Source: Octopus vulgaris (taxonomy: Eukaryota). From it: a stretch of DNA of 64,000 nt. The stretch spans positions 27,776,001 through 27,840,000 of the forward strand of contig OX597835.1 of NCBI GenBank assembly GCA_951406725.2. The letters run 5' to 3'. The notes beneath the pieces were generated by a model, which was not told the DNA's origin, did not search any database, and worked only from the letters and a program-made list of their open reading frames with translations. This document shows positions 26,810 to 40,284 of the stretch, piece after piece (the stretch's first letter is position 1; each line of letters starts with the position of its first letter). The position numbers and the translations under genes are program-made.

Positions 26810-27539
26810 GTATATATATAAGTATGTATGTATGTATATATCTGTGTATCTGTGTCTGTGTTTCTCCCTCCACTCTTGTTTGACAACCGACCTTGGGGTT
26901 TATGTCCCTGTAACTTAGTGGTTTAGCAAAGGGGCCGATTAGAATAAGTACCAGGCTTACAAACAATAAGTCCAGGGTAGATTTCTTTGACTAAAAGGCG
27001 GTGCTCCAGGATGGACACAGTCAAAATGACTGAAACACGTAGAAGAATAAAAGAACAGGCTCTAGATGTACTACTGAGTATTTTTCTTATGAAGTTTTCT
27101 CTCTCCCAAATTCATTCATAAAAAGGCACTGGTCAACCCAAGGCTGTAGTAAAACACACTTTCCCTTCCTTACCTTTACAAATGCCATGTTGCCAGGTCA
27201 AACCGAGAAAGTACGGTTACAAAAATACATTGCTCAACAAAGCAGCCACATCTCAATTATCAGAAATAACTAAAGTATTCTCAAAGCTGTAACATGTACA
27301 GTATTTTACCTTCAGCAAATAGGTTGAACTAGATCCAGTAATATGAGCTCTTACCCATATTAATAACTGCTTAATAAGCATTCCTCTTCTTACATTTAAC
27401 TTTCTTCCTATTTATAGACGGCATAGAATGACAAACCTGCGCATACATAATTCTTATATTTATTGATTTCCTTAATTGCATTTATTCTTTGCCTTATATT
27501 TCCTTGCATCATCAGATCACTGAACGTCTTCTAGTGACT

Positions 27540-28565
27540 ACTTTGATTAAACACTATACACTTGCTTCGGAAGTTTTCATGGCAGAAAGAAGAATGAGAT
27601 TTGCAGGTCAAGTTTTCCAAATAGAGAAGGACAAATAACCAAGATATCTTCTTTACAATGGGTACCACCAAAGGGATTGTTGCTGTTGTTGTTGTTAAGC
27701 AACAAGATGAGTAAGGGTGATTAGGTGATGGTCTAGGGCTTAGGGGCGGGAGGCCCGGATCTTTTCAGTTTGAACGGCAGTTTTTTCTAGCAGTGTCATA
27801 TGAAATTGTCACCCATAATTATGACCCTAGTATCGATCTATTGCATTTCAATCTGTTTTAGGGTTAGGGTTACGGGTGGGGGAAAGGTATCTTTTTTTCT
27901 TCACAAATGTAAATAAACCCAATCTGTTTCTTAAACGAGGGACATATTCATACGGCACAGAATGTTTCCACCTCAATAGATGTATCCGATTGGTTGAAAT
28001 TGCAGAAATTGAAGAAAAAAACAACAAATATCTTACAAACTATAGAATTTTCTCAATAAAACCAAGAGAAAAAGATGTTTTATAAACACATTCTACCAGT
28101 ATACGAAATTTAAAATTTTTTAGTTACCTAGAAATTATGTTAAAAACTGCCGTTCTAACCGAAAAGATCCAGAGACCCTAGACTTTGGGAAAAAAAAAAC
28201 TTTGGTCGTCTTGTTGTAGTCGAGGGCTCTTCATTGGCGCCTGACACGACTAGGAGGTAGCCCTCGAAGTTGCTGGAAATGGAGATCTCCAGGTCCAAAT
28301 TCTTGAACAGCCCACCAAAGGGATAGAGATAAGGTGGAAGATGCAAGAAGACATTGCACACCACTTTCAAAGAAGATCTGAAATGACTCAGCACCACCTA
28401 GGAAGACACAGGTGACTATGTAAATACCACCATGACCGATATCTAAACTACAGTGGAGAAGGCCAGCTACTGGATTTGGTTAAAAGGAGACGATGAGCGA
28501 TGACTAGAAGTATATTGATCTTTATTTGATAACCAGTTGATCTAGCAAGCAGGGCCTCATACAAG
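27540..28565 (+). mobile_element. RTE fragment interrupted by a retroposed insert (27678-28311, 13-bp TSD)
   Basis: ERRMRFAGQVF...LQWVPPKG resumes as GRCKKTLHTTFKEDL after the duplicated ccaccaaagggat (27665-27677, 28312-28324). Confidence 0.7.
27757..28170. mobile_element. MITE with ~28-bp TIRs and internal TTAGGG-like repeats
   Basis: ggatcttttcagtttgaacggcagtttt / aaaactgccgttctaaccgaaaagatcc; internal ttagggttagggttacggg. Confidence 0.8.
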
Positions 28566-29210
28566 TGAGTGGGGCTGGTGCAATTTGATACTGTCAAGAG
28601 GTAGGCCCTGAAACAGCACGCAAAACATCTTGTTACCCAGAAGGAACTAAGTCTCTGATACAAAGATGGTTCCTAATTGCCTTTCTCCATGAATTTTAAT
28701 TTTTTTTTATTTTTGCAGGTGCAAGCTTGGTTATGTGATAAGAAGTTTACATCCCGACCACATGCTTCTAGGTTCAATTCAACTGTGTAGCACCTTGGGC
28801 TACTGTCTTCCACTATATCCCCAGACCAACCAAAGTCTTATGAGAAGATTCGGTCGATGGAAACTGAAAGAAGCCCATCCTGTGCATGTATGTGCATGTT
28901 GTATGTCTTTGTGTTTGTCATAGAGTATTTGGTATTGTTGTTTTTGTTGTTAAGTTTCAGGTAATCCATAATTGACTTAAATTTATAATTAAAGGTATTA
29001 CATTCATAAACAAGCAGTGCCTATCTTTTTTTTTTCTGCAGTGAGGTAGTGTTGCTTTTTGTGTAGATAGTCTATCTAGGAATATACTCTCCAATATCTG
29101 AATCATTCCTCTTTTTTTAAGTGTGAGATGAGGGAAATTTCTCTACTATTTCTAACATATTGAATACCTGCATGTGGTATATATGCACACACACACACAC
29201 GTGTATGTAT

Positions 29211-29265
<55 letters not shown>

Positions 29266-29482
29266 ACCCTTCTGTCTGGCAGTCGCCATGATAGATCGGT
29301 AGCCACTACACATATTTTTTTCTCTCCTTGTTTCTCTCCCTGTTTTTTTCTGTGTCCCTTCCTGTAGAAGAGTGTAGGCTCGAAACGTAAAAGAGTTTTT
29401 CAATTCCTGACCGTTATACTAATACATCTGTTTGTTTTCTACACCACCTGCCTTCGTCTCTCATTTTTTTTTTGTGAACTCT

Positions 29483-29526
<44 letters not shown>

Positions 29527-29722
29527 CAGTAGAATAATAAAGAGAAAGTTCTTGGTACAGTATTATATATATATTTGAAAGAATGGTTAGAGATGGCTTT
29601 ATTGAGGGGATAATTTTTATTTTAATCTTACTAATAATGTTTAAACATTATTAACAAGACTAAAATAAAAATGATCCCCTCAATAAAGCCATCTCTACTC
29701 ATTCTTTCAAACACAAACACAT

Positions 29723-29778
<56 letters not shown>

Positions 29779-29780
<2 letters not shown>

Positions 29781-29935
29781 TCAATATCCTCCCAAAGGAC
29801 CTGATGGGGCTACATGGGTTGGATGTAAGTATTTTCAAAACCAAACTGGACCTTTTACTGTCAAGTGTTCCAGATGAACCAACTTCACAGTAGGAAATGC
29901 AGATAAGGGCAGCAGTATCAAACACCCTCATGTCT
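29779..29935 (+). mobile_element. CR1/L2-group LINE 3' fragment
   Basis: FNILPKDLMGLHGLDVSIFKTKLDLLLSSVPDEP...RAAVSNTL; internal stop. Confidence 0.65.
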
Positions 29936-31911
29936 ATTTCTAAATGTTTTGCAAACAACTTGTACATGCAAGTGCTACCAGTCAAAAACTCTGTATACTG
30001 GAAGCCAGCAAGTGTATGGGGTCATCAGGAAAGAAAACGCGCCATTTCGGGGCCTACCTCTCAATGACATCAATGATATGAAACAAAACTGATATGAGGC
30101 CCCGCTTGCTAGATCAGTTGGTTATCAAATAAAGCTCAATATTCTTCTAGCCATTGCTCATCGTCTCTTTTTGACCAAATCCAGTGGCTGACCTTCTCCA
30201 CTGTAGTTTGGATATCGGTCATGGTGGTATTTACTTTACAATGAGTTAGGCCTAATGATAACAACAGTCAGGCTTTTAATTTTTTTTTTACCAAATCCAT
30301 TCACAAAGCTTGAGTCAGCCCAGGGCTAAAGTGGAAGATACCTTCCCAAGGTTCAACAGTAGGACTGAACCTGAAACCATGTGGTTGGGAAGCAAACATC
30401 TTAACCACACAGCTACACCTGTGTGTATAACGACAACAACAAAAAAGAAAAAGACGGGATGACCATAGCTGGAATCCCTTTGATCATCAGCCTCCGCCCC
30501 CAAACCCACCCATCAGGACACTAACCTAGGGTTAAATAACGTCTTTTAATGTTAACTCCCTGTCAGCTTTGCACTTTATTTCAATATAGATTGGTCCAAG
30601 TTTCCTTTGAAGTAAATATACGCCGCCACCTTATGAACTCTGCTACAAGAAACCAATAAAAAACAATGTGGCACACAAGCATTATGGATATCTGAAAGAA
30701 AATCTTAATTCCTTGATTTCGGGTCTTAGATACTTTGTTTTTTTTCTCTCTTTTACTGAGTGTTTTTTAATTTTTTGTTAATGTTCCTCTCCACAAAAAC
30801 CATCTATAAAATGTCCAGACCACATTTACATCCAAACCTCGGATTGTATGAAACAATGAGGGGAACCTGTACTTGGTCACTGAACCTGCTAGAAATAGCA
30901 GTAAAATCTCCATCAAATTGCACCCTGCCTCTGAAAAAATGAAAGTTTATACTAGATACTGTAGTTCTATATACCCAGGATAAACTGCTTAGCATTTCTT
31001 TCGAATGTTTGCATTCTGAGTTCAAATCCTGCTGAGGTCAACTTCCTCTTTCATTGCTTTGGGTTTGATAAAATAAGATAGGGTTTATGTAATCAATTCA
31101 CCCCTCCCCTCAAAACTGTAGGCCTAGAACTCTGCAAAGGATCCCATCCAGAGGAATATGTTCTCAACCATTTATATATCATGGAAATCAGCCCTATGAC
31201 TTTAGGGTCAGAGAATCCCAGGTGACTGGGCCTTTGACTCTAGGGTCAGGGAAAGCCAGGTAACTAGTGCTATGACTATAGGGCCAGAGAGACTACAGTA
31301 GGTGCAGGCGTGGCTGTGTGGTTGATAAGTAAAGTTCTCAATCACATGGGTTCAGGTTCAGTCCCATTGCAAAGGTTTCTTGAGCAAGTGGCTTCCAATA
31401 AAGTAGTCTTATGAGTCTAGGGCTAGAGAAAAAATGATATGTACCCACTAAAATGACAGAGTGGCCATAGCTGGAATGTCTTTGACTTACAAGTCTGCTC
31501 AAACAGACAGAATAGCAAAAAGGTAACAAGTGGATTGTACTGAGCAATTAAGAAGTTTGTTTGATTAAATGCAAAACCTTTGGTTTCTGAGAGTCTTCTG
31601 TCTCGCCTGCCATACCTTTAGGTTGAGCAATGCCCTGTCATAGGAATTTAGTAAACAGAAACTATAGAGGGCATGAGGTAGGGGGAGGTATTATACACTT
31701 TACTCTCTTTTACTCTTTTATTTGTGTCAGTTATTTGACTGTGGCCATGCCGGAGCACTGCCTTTGTCGAGAAAATCTACCCCAGGACTTACTCTTTGGA
31801 AGCCTAGTACTTATTCTATCGGTCTCTTTGCCGAACTGCTAAGTTAGGGGGACGTAAACACACCAGCATCGGTTGTCAAGCGATGTTAGGGGTACAAACA
31901 CAGACACATAA

Positions 31912-31966
<55 letters not shown>

Positions 31967-32533
31967 CGATAGGCTTCTTTCAGTTTCCATCTACCAAATC
32001 CACTCACAAAGCTTTGGTCGGCCTGAGGCCGTAGTAGAAGACACTTGCCTAAGCTGCTACGCAGTGGGATTGAACCTTGAACCATGTGGTTTGTAAGCAA
32101 GCTGCTTACCATACAGCCACTCCCATGCCTATATCTATATACATATATAATAATAATGATGATGATGATAATAATAATAATAAAAAGTAACAACAAAAGA
32201 ATGAGACTTCGATATTAGATAAGTAGAGGATTATTTTTACAAACAGTAAAAGGTTGTCAATATAAGTGATCAGAGTTTTGAATATCGGAGCGAAGAGCTC
32301 TTATAATGACAAGCTTTTAAGTGTTTGTTTGTCATTTAATGTCCATTGTCCATGCTGGCATGGGTCAGATAGTTTGACCAGGGCTGGCAAAGCTGGAAGA
32401 CTGCATAAAAAGCCGGTGCGGTTTGTCATGGTTTCTATGAGCCTGGTATAGCTCTCTGGCTTACCAATTCCAGTCAAACTGTCTAACCCATGCCAGCATG
32501 GAAAACAGACACCAAATGAAAATGATGATGATG

Positions 32534-32576
<43 letters not shown>

Positions 32577-32977
32577 CTCTTTTACTTGTTTCTGTCTTTT
32601 GACTGCAGCCATGCTGGAGCACCACCTTTAATCGAGCAACTCGACCCCAGGACTTATTCTTTGTAAGCCCAGTACTTATTCTATCGGTCTCTTTTGCCAA
32701 ACCGCTAAGTGACGGGGACATAAACACACCAGCATCGGTTGTGAAGCAATGCTAGGGGGACAGACACAGACACACAAACACACACGCACATACATATATA
32801 TATATATACATATATACGATGGGCTTCTTTCAGTTTCCATCTACCAAATCCACTCACAAGGCTTTGGTTGGCCCGAGGCTATAGTAGAAGACACTTGCCC
32901 AAGGTGCCACGCAGTGGGACTGAACCCGGAACCATGTGGTTGGTAAGCAAGCTACTTACCACACAGCCACTCCTGCG

Positions 32978-33023
<46 letters not shown>

Positions 33024-33763
33024 GTGGTTATACATTATTTAGCAGATGTGTGCAATTTGTGGCAGAATGGGAAACGAAATCTTAAGATATTGATTATAAT
33101 GACAACGATGGAGCTATATATTCTATCTATTAACTGAAAACTTTCATTTTAGAGAATAAAGAATATTGACTGATCTCTATTTATCCTGACAGGAAGAAAT
33201 AACAGTTTTCAAAAATTCATTTAACCACTAAGAATGCGAGCTGTTCTGTTTTCAAAAGCTCCCATCATTATTATTATCGGATATATCTGGCAAATATATA
33301 TAAAGAAAAAAAAGAGCTTCTATCAGCAATTTTCAGAATGATGACAAAGAAAATAATTTCTTTGAAAGTATTATTGCAGAAAATGCTCTTGTTTGCGGTC
33401 TTTAAAATATTTTGATATTCAATACACACTTTGGACAACGAGGAATTTTCCCTGATATTTTTGATGTGAATATTCATTGCAGTTTTCATCAGAGACACAA
33501 AAATACGCATACGTAGGTGAGAGAGCATCAAGTCAGTAGTTCTTGACACAGCTTTATATGATCTTTCCACGTGGCTGTGTGGTTGAGGAGTGAAGTTCTC
33601 AATCACATGGGTTCAGGTTCAGTTCCACTGCCTGGTATCTTCCACTAAAGCATCAGGTTGACCAAAGCCATGTGAGTGAATTTTGTAGATGGAAACTGAA
33701 AGAAGCCTGTCTTATGCAGATATATGTATGCACAAACGTGCATTGTGTGTGTGTGTGTGTGTG

Positions 33764-34095
33764 CTTCAAAGACACACTCAGAGCCTCACTGAAGTGCTTT
33801 CAGATCAACCCCAACACCTGGCTAATGCAAGCGCAAGAATGCCCTATCTGACATAGCTGCACCAACAGGGGTGTCACCTCCTATGAGCAGAACAGTATTG
33901 CAGGAGCACAAAGGAAACATGAGCTGCACAAGTCCGGAGCCAACTCCTTGCCTTCATTCCCGGAAGACCACCAGTGCCCAACCTGCAGCAGAATCTTCCG
34001 AGCATGCATCGATTTGATCGGCCAACAGCCAGAAGCACCATGACCTATCTTTTTCTCCCATGTGATGTCTTGGTCATCATGGGAGAGAGTATTTA
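33764..34095 (+). mobile_element. RTE LINE C-terminal fragment with C2H2-like finger
   Basis: FKDTLRASLKCFQINPNTW...HQCPTCSRIFRACIDLIGQQ; internal stop. Confidence 0.75.
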
Positions 34096-34125
34096 CAGAC
34101 ATATATTAACACAAGGATGACTTTG

Positions 34126-34433
34126 TGGAGGCACATGGCCTAGTGGTTAGAGCAGCAGACTCACGGTCGAGGGATCACGGGTTCGAATCTCAGACAGGGC
34201 GATGTGTGTGTTTATGAGCGAAGCATCTAAGCTCCACGCGGCTCCGGCAGAAGGTAATGGCGAAACTTCTGCTGACTCTTTCGCCACAACTTTCTCTCAC
34301 TCTTTCCCCGTGCATCTTGCAGCTCAGCTGCGATGGCCCAGCGTCCCGTCCAGGTGGAGAACCTATATGCCAAGAAACTGGGAAACCGGCCCTTATGAGC
34401 CAAGCATGGCTCGAGAAGTAACAAACAGCAACA
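34126..34433 (+). mobile_element. SINE family C (tRNA head, (CAA)n tail) with 15-bp TSD
   Basis: TSD acaaggatgactttg (34111-34125, 34434-34448); A box tggcctagtggttag, B box ggttcgaatc. Related copies at 20989-21292(-), 35257-35543 and 38922-39200. Confidence 0.9.
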
Positions 34434-34956
34434 ACAAGGATGACTTTGATTACCAAAGATGACTCAGCTGAATATTTGAGGAATTCATTAAGAGAGTTAA
34501 AAGTTGGAAATAATGAATAAAAGGCTAAACTTATGTTATGTGTTTTTGTATTTGTTGTGTTGTATATGCAAATAATATAACAGGCAGTTTTATATCTAAT
34601 GAACTGAATGTTTGAATATTTACGGTACGATTTTTTTATTGCACAAAACTTGTAATCCTTTACGAGAATTTATATTTGCATTCTTTTACAACTCTGCAAC
34701 AAGTAATCACTCATGCCAATGTCTTTTCACAAAACAAATTTGCTCCATCCTGCAGTGGCAAGCGTTTAGGTTGATGGTGATAATGAAATCAAGATGAACA
34801 ACAACATAATCAAGAGCGAAGATAATTAAATTAGGGCTGAACGATGACAAATTACAGGTTGACATTGATGAAACTGAAGTTGATAACAACAGATTTGAGG
34901 GGGGTAAATCCTGTGTATGCATACATGTATGATGTATGTGTGTGTATGTATGTATG

Positions 34957-35004
<48 letters not shown>

Positions 35005-35205
35005 TATATATATGTGTATATATACATACATACACACATATACATATGCATACACATACATATATACATATACATACACAAATACATATACATACACACA
35101 TACATATATACATACATACATATATACATATACACACACACATACATACACACACACATACATATATACATACATACATATATACATATACATACACACA
35201 CACAC

Positions 35206-35240
<35 letters not shown>

Positions 35241-35543
35241 TATATATACATACATATGGCACAGTGGTTAGGGCAGCAGACTCATGGTTGCAGGATCATG
35301 GTTTCAATTCTCAGACCAGGAGTTGTGAGTGTTTATTGAGCGAAAACACCTAAAGCTCCACAAGGCTCCGACAGTGATCCCTGCTGTACTCTTTCGCCAC
35401 AACTTTCTCTCACTCTTTCTTCTGTTGGCCTGCTTGCTTAGCCAGTGGGATGGCATCATTTGAAGGCTAAAACAATGTGAAGTGCATTGTGACCAATGAT
35501 GTGTAGCAACATCTGATAGCCTGGTCGGTCATGGTGATCGGTG

Positions 35544-35610
<67 letters not shown>

Positions 35611-35833
35611 CATACATACATACATACATACACACACACATACATACATATAGAAAAAGAACCTGTCATGAAATGTTCTGAAGTGTATTCTGTTTGATAT
35701 GTTACAGCGTAATTATATCTATGGGAGTACACATATATATTTATACGTATATCCATTTATATACATGTGTAAAGGATGATATAACACCTATATAACGAAC
35801 AAAGGTTATGAAACAACTGTCAACTAATGGTCT

Positions 35834-35888
35834 GTGCCTGATGAATATGTTTGAGATATTTCTCAACATATGAAACAATTAGTAGCAC
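35834..35888 (+). ncRNA. type I hammerhead ribozyme motif (canonical core)
   Basis: Stem I GUGC/GCAC; CUGAUGA; stem II AUAUGUUUGAGA-UAUU-UCUCAACAUAU (one bulge); GAAA; minimal stem III C-AAUUA-G; GUA cleavage triplet (cut after 35884). Confidence 0.8.
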
Positions 35889-35926
35889 TTAAAGACATGT
35901 ATTGTGTCCTTTAAATAAATAAATTA

Positions 35927-35967
<41 letters not shown>

Positions 35968-37541
35968 TGCTGTTTTACTTCTGTCTACCAAATCCCCTCA
36001 CAAGTCTTTGGTTGGCCAAGGGCTATAGTAGAAGTCACTTGCCCAATGTGTTAGACATAAGGACTGAACCTGGAACCCTGCGGTTGGGTAGCAAACTTCT
36101 CCAGAGAATAATTTGGTAATTCTCTTAATAGGAATTAATTTTCATTGATCCAACTGTTTTACTTTCGTGAAGAGAAGAGGAAAATATTTCATAGTCAGTT
36201 ATTTCACAGCGATAATAATTAAAAGCCCACTGTAGAAATTGTATTTAATCAATTTATTTTGCAGTTATGAAGATAATAGAAATCATAAAAGTTCCAATCG
36301 CTGATGTGTATTTTGATCAAAGCTGGATCTCTTCAGTGTGGTGCCAAATTTTAAACTATTTGTGAGAAGCCAGCCAGATCATCATCATCATCATCATCAT
36401 TTTCATGTCTGCTTTCCTACACTTACATGAATCAAACAAAATTCATGGAGGCGGGTTCTCTATGGATGGAGGCTCATCCTGTTGCCAACCCTGGCCTGTT
36501 TCCAAATAAGACAATAGTATTTCCCTTAGTCCTTTGTGCATGAACAGCACAACAGCTAGACATGTTTTCATGGAAGATTGCAAAAAATTTTAAAAACACG
36601 GCATATATGATAGAAATGCTTGCTTTACAATTAGCACATAATGCTAAAAGAAGGAGACCCATGCACATGCATACTTGTACACACATGTGTGTCTGTGTAC
36701 AAGTCTGCATGGGTACAGTGGGCTTCTTTTAGTTTCCCTTTGCAAATCCAATCACTCTCTGAATGTGATCGATGCCAGGGCCGCCTGACTGGCATGTAAA
36801 AAGCACCCACTACACTCTTGGAGTGGTTGGCATTAGGAAGGGCATCTAGCTGTAGAAACACTGCCAGATCAGATTGGAGCCTGGTGCAGACGCTGGCTTT
36901 CCAGATCTCGGTCAAACCGTCCAACCCATGCCAATATGGAAAACGGACATTAAACGATGATGATGATAATGATATATATATATATACATATGTATGTATG
37001 TATGTATATGTATATATAATTTTTTGAAGTCAACTTTACGAAAAATGCAACAACTTGAAAATACATAAAAAAACAAGTTTAAGTAAACCAACCAAAAACC
37101 AACAAACAAAAGAATCGGTCAGATTTACTCATCTGTCTAAGTCGTGTCAGACTGGAATATTGAAACTAAAGAATGTTACAGAAATATGAGAACATGAAGT
37201 TGAAACCAGCTGAAATGTCCTTTACGGATAATTATCAATTAATTTTTCCTAATTTTTCACATTTATCTGACACTAATTTCTAAAATGCTGAATTGCCATA
37301 ATTATCCATTTGTTCCATTAAATATGTAACAATAAAAAAAAAAAAGATTCACAGAGCTGTACATAGCTTACTGTTTATTCTTTTTATTTCATGCCACTTT
37401 CTTCTTCTTCATCCCCAAAACTTAAAACATTATTTATTCAGTTCTGTGACATGAATGTCTTTTCAATTTTTAAATTTCCACTTTGAGACCCTCTTAGGGA
37501 TTAGAACGAGGTATCTTTTAAAATTAGCCACAAACATTTTA

Positions 37542-38135
37542 CCTATTTCATTACTACCCACAAGGGGCTAAACACAGAGAATAAACAAGGACAGGCAAAC
37601 GGATTAAATCGATTATATTGACCCCAGTGCGTAACTGGTATTTATTTAATCGACCCCGAAAGGATGAAAGGCAAAGTCGACCTCGGCAGAATTTGAACTC
37701 AGAACGTAAAGGCAGACGAAATACCTATTTCTTTACTACCCACAAGGGGCTAAACACAGAGGGGATAAACAAGGACAGACAAACAGATTAAGTCGATTAT
37801 ATCGACCCCAGTGCATAACTGGTACTTATTTAATCGACCCCAAAAGGATGAAAGGCAAAGTCGACCTCGGCAGAATTTGAACCCAGAACATAAAGACAGA
37901 CGAAATACCTATTTCTTTACTACCCACAAGGGGCTAAACACATAGGGGATAAACAAGGACAGACAAACAGATTAAGTCGATTATATTGACCTCAGTGCAT
38001 AACTGGTACTTATTTAATCGACCTTGAAAGGATGAAAGGCAAAGTTGACCTCGGCGGAATTTGAACTCAGAACGTAATGGTAGACGAAATACTGCTAAGC
38101 ATTTTGCCCGGCGTGCTAACGTTTCTGCCAGCTCA
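37542..38135 (-). repeat. head-to-tail trimer of SINE family B (units ~182-184 bp)
   Basis: Unit boundaries at 37542, 37724 and 37908; only the 5'-most copy keeps the head. Confidence 0.9.
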
Positions 38136-38357
38136 TCACCACACACATTTTACCTTTCATCTTTTCTTTCAATTATCAGACTGCAGCCCTGTTGGGAGCA
38201 TCACCTGGAAGAGTTTAGTTAGACAAAGCAACCTCGGTACTTTATTTTTTTTAAGTCCAATACTTATTCTATGAGTCTCTTTCACCAAAGTGCTAAGTCC
38301 ATGGGATGCAAACAAACTAACACCAGTTGTAAGCAGTGCTGAAGAATAAATACAAAG

Positions 38358-38391
<34 letters not shown>

Positions 38392-40251
38392 CATTTGATA
38401 AACACAAGATAAATCCTGTATTTATTAAATGATATTTATCTCTCACTGGATGGAGTATTTTTTTGTTGACCAGTCAAATCATGGAACAGTACACTAACTA
38501 TCTATCTATTAATCTCTCTCTTTCTCTCTCTCTCTATAGAACTATTAGACCTGACACCGTGTATTAACCAGTGTTTTCAAAACGATGAATAGCTTTTTGC
38601 CGAAACCATGGTTCGCTTTGTTTCTTACTTTATTATCATCCTATAATCATTTCATAATAATGACTTTTATGATTCTTATTACTACCACAGTCAATCTAAA
38701 TGTATATATTTGTCGTTACCTGTCATAAAAAGCCTTTTATTATTTGCAATGTGCATTTTTGTTGATTTTTCATATTTTACCCTTACATTTCCACGTGTAT
38801 TTTATATTTTCTTTTTGTAACATATTTCTACTATATATATATATATATATATATACATATATATACATATATATATGTGTATATATGCGTGTGTGTGTGT
38901 CTGAGTGTGTGTATGTGTGTGTGGAGGCACAATGGCCCAGTGGTTAGGGCAGCAGACTCATGGTTGTAGGATCGCAATTTTAATTCCCAGACTAGGCATT
39001 GTGAGTGTTTATTGAGCAAAAAAACCTTAAGCTCCACGAGGCTCTGGCAGGAGGTGGTGGTGAACCCTGATGTACTCTTTCACTACAACTTTCTCTCACT
39101 CTTTCTTCCTGTTTCTGTTGTACCTGTATTTCAAAAGGGCCAGCCTTATCACACTCTGTGTCATGCTGAATCTCCCCGAGAACTACGTTAAGGGTACACT
39201 AGGCAATATATCATCATCATCATTTTAACAACCACTTTTCCATATCATGTCTTTGTGCCTGTGTTTGGCAACTGTTATTAATGTGTTTACACCCCCGTAA
39301 CTTAGGAGTTCGGCAACAGAATAGAATAAGTGCCAAGTTTTAAAAATAAGTACTTGTGGGGGGGGGGACCCATTTGACTAAAAAGTTCTTCAAGGCAATG
39401 CCCCAGTATGGCCACAGTCTAATGACTGAAACAATTAAAAGATAGAAGATATATACAACAGGTTTCTTTTAGTTTCCATCTCCCAGATCTATTCATAAGG
39501 CTTTCGCCAGCCCAGGGCAACAATAGAAGACACATGCCCAATATGCCATGCAGTGGGATTGAAACAGAAGCCATACAGTTGGGAACCAAACTTCTTACCA
39601 CACAGCCATGCCTGCACGTTCTTTAGAAAAGCAATTGGGAAATTTGCAATATTTCTAGCAAGCACCAAGGATTTTGTTTACTTTGTTTAGAATGAAATGT
39701 AACAGTAGCATCAAGTTTTACTAAATGCATCACAATAAGTTCAAACATTATTAATATTAAATATGTCCATAATGGTTTTAATTCCATTGATATGAGTACT
39801 GTTAGCAACAAAACAGAAATATTTATTAAATTTTCAAAACAGAACTTTAGCCATTAATTCATAAAAGACTAAGCAAACAGGGATATTCTAAAAGATTTAT
39901 CTAATTATATTTAATTCTATCCTTTTAATCTTTTACTACTATCAGTCATTGGACTGCGACCACACTGGGGGCACTGCCTACAATGGGTTTTAGTCGATTA
40001 TATTGACCTCTGTTAAGTTGTTTGAAACTTTGCTATTAATTTCAGTTTAGGAAAAAATTATTTCACAATAATTTTACCAAAGATTATTTATATGAATGCA
40101 GAAATACATGTCTGTTCTGTAGAACATTTCATTATTCTTGTAGGCTAAGGGAAAGCAGTGTCTGTACTGAGACTGTGTGTTGAGGGAGATAATTCAATTA
40201 AACTTAAATACCGCATGATATTTCTGTTCAAATGCATGAAAACAAACACAA

Positions 40252-40284
<33 letters not shown>

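Noticed and set aside
27855-27880. Interstitial telomere (TTAGGG)
   Set aside because: Only about 3 units, internal to a MITE.
33274-33606. 110-aa minus-strand ORF
   Set aside because: It starts within a SINE head, has no convincing splice sites, and has no place between the two contiguous C2A exons.
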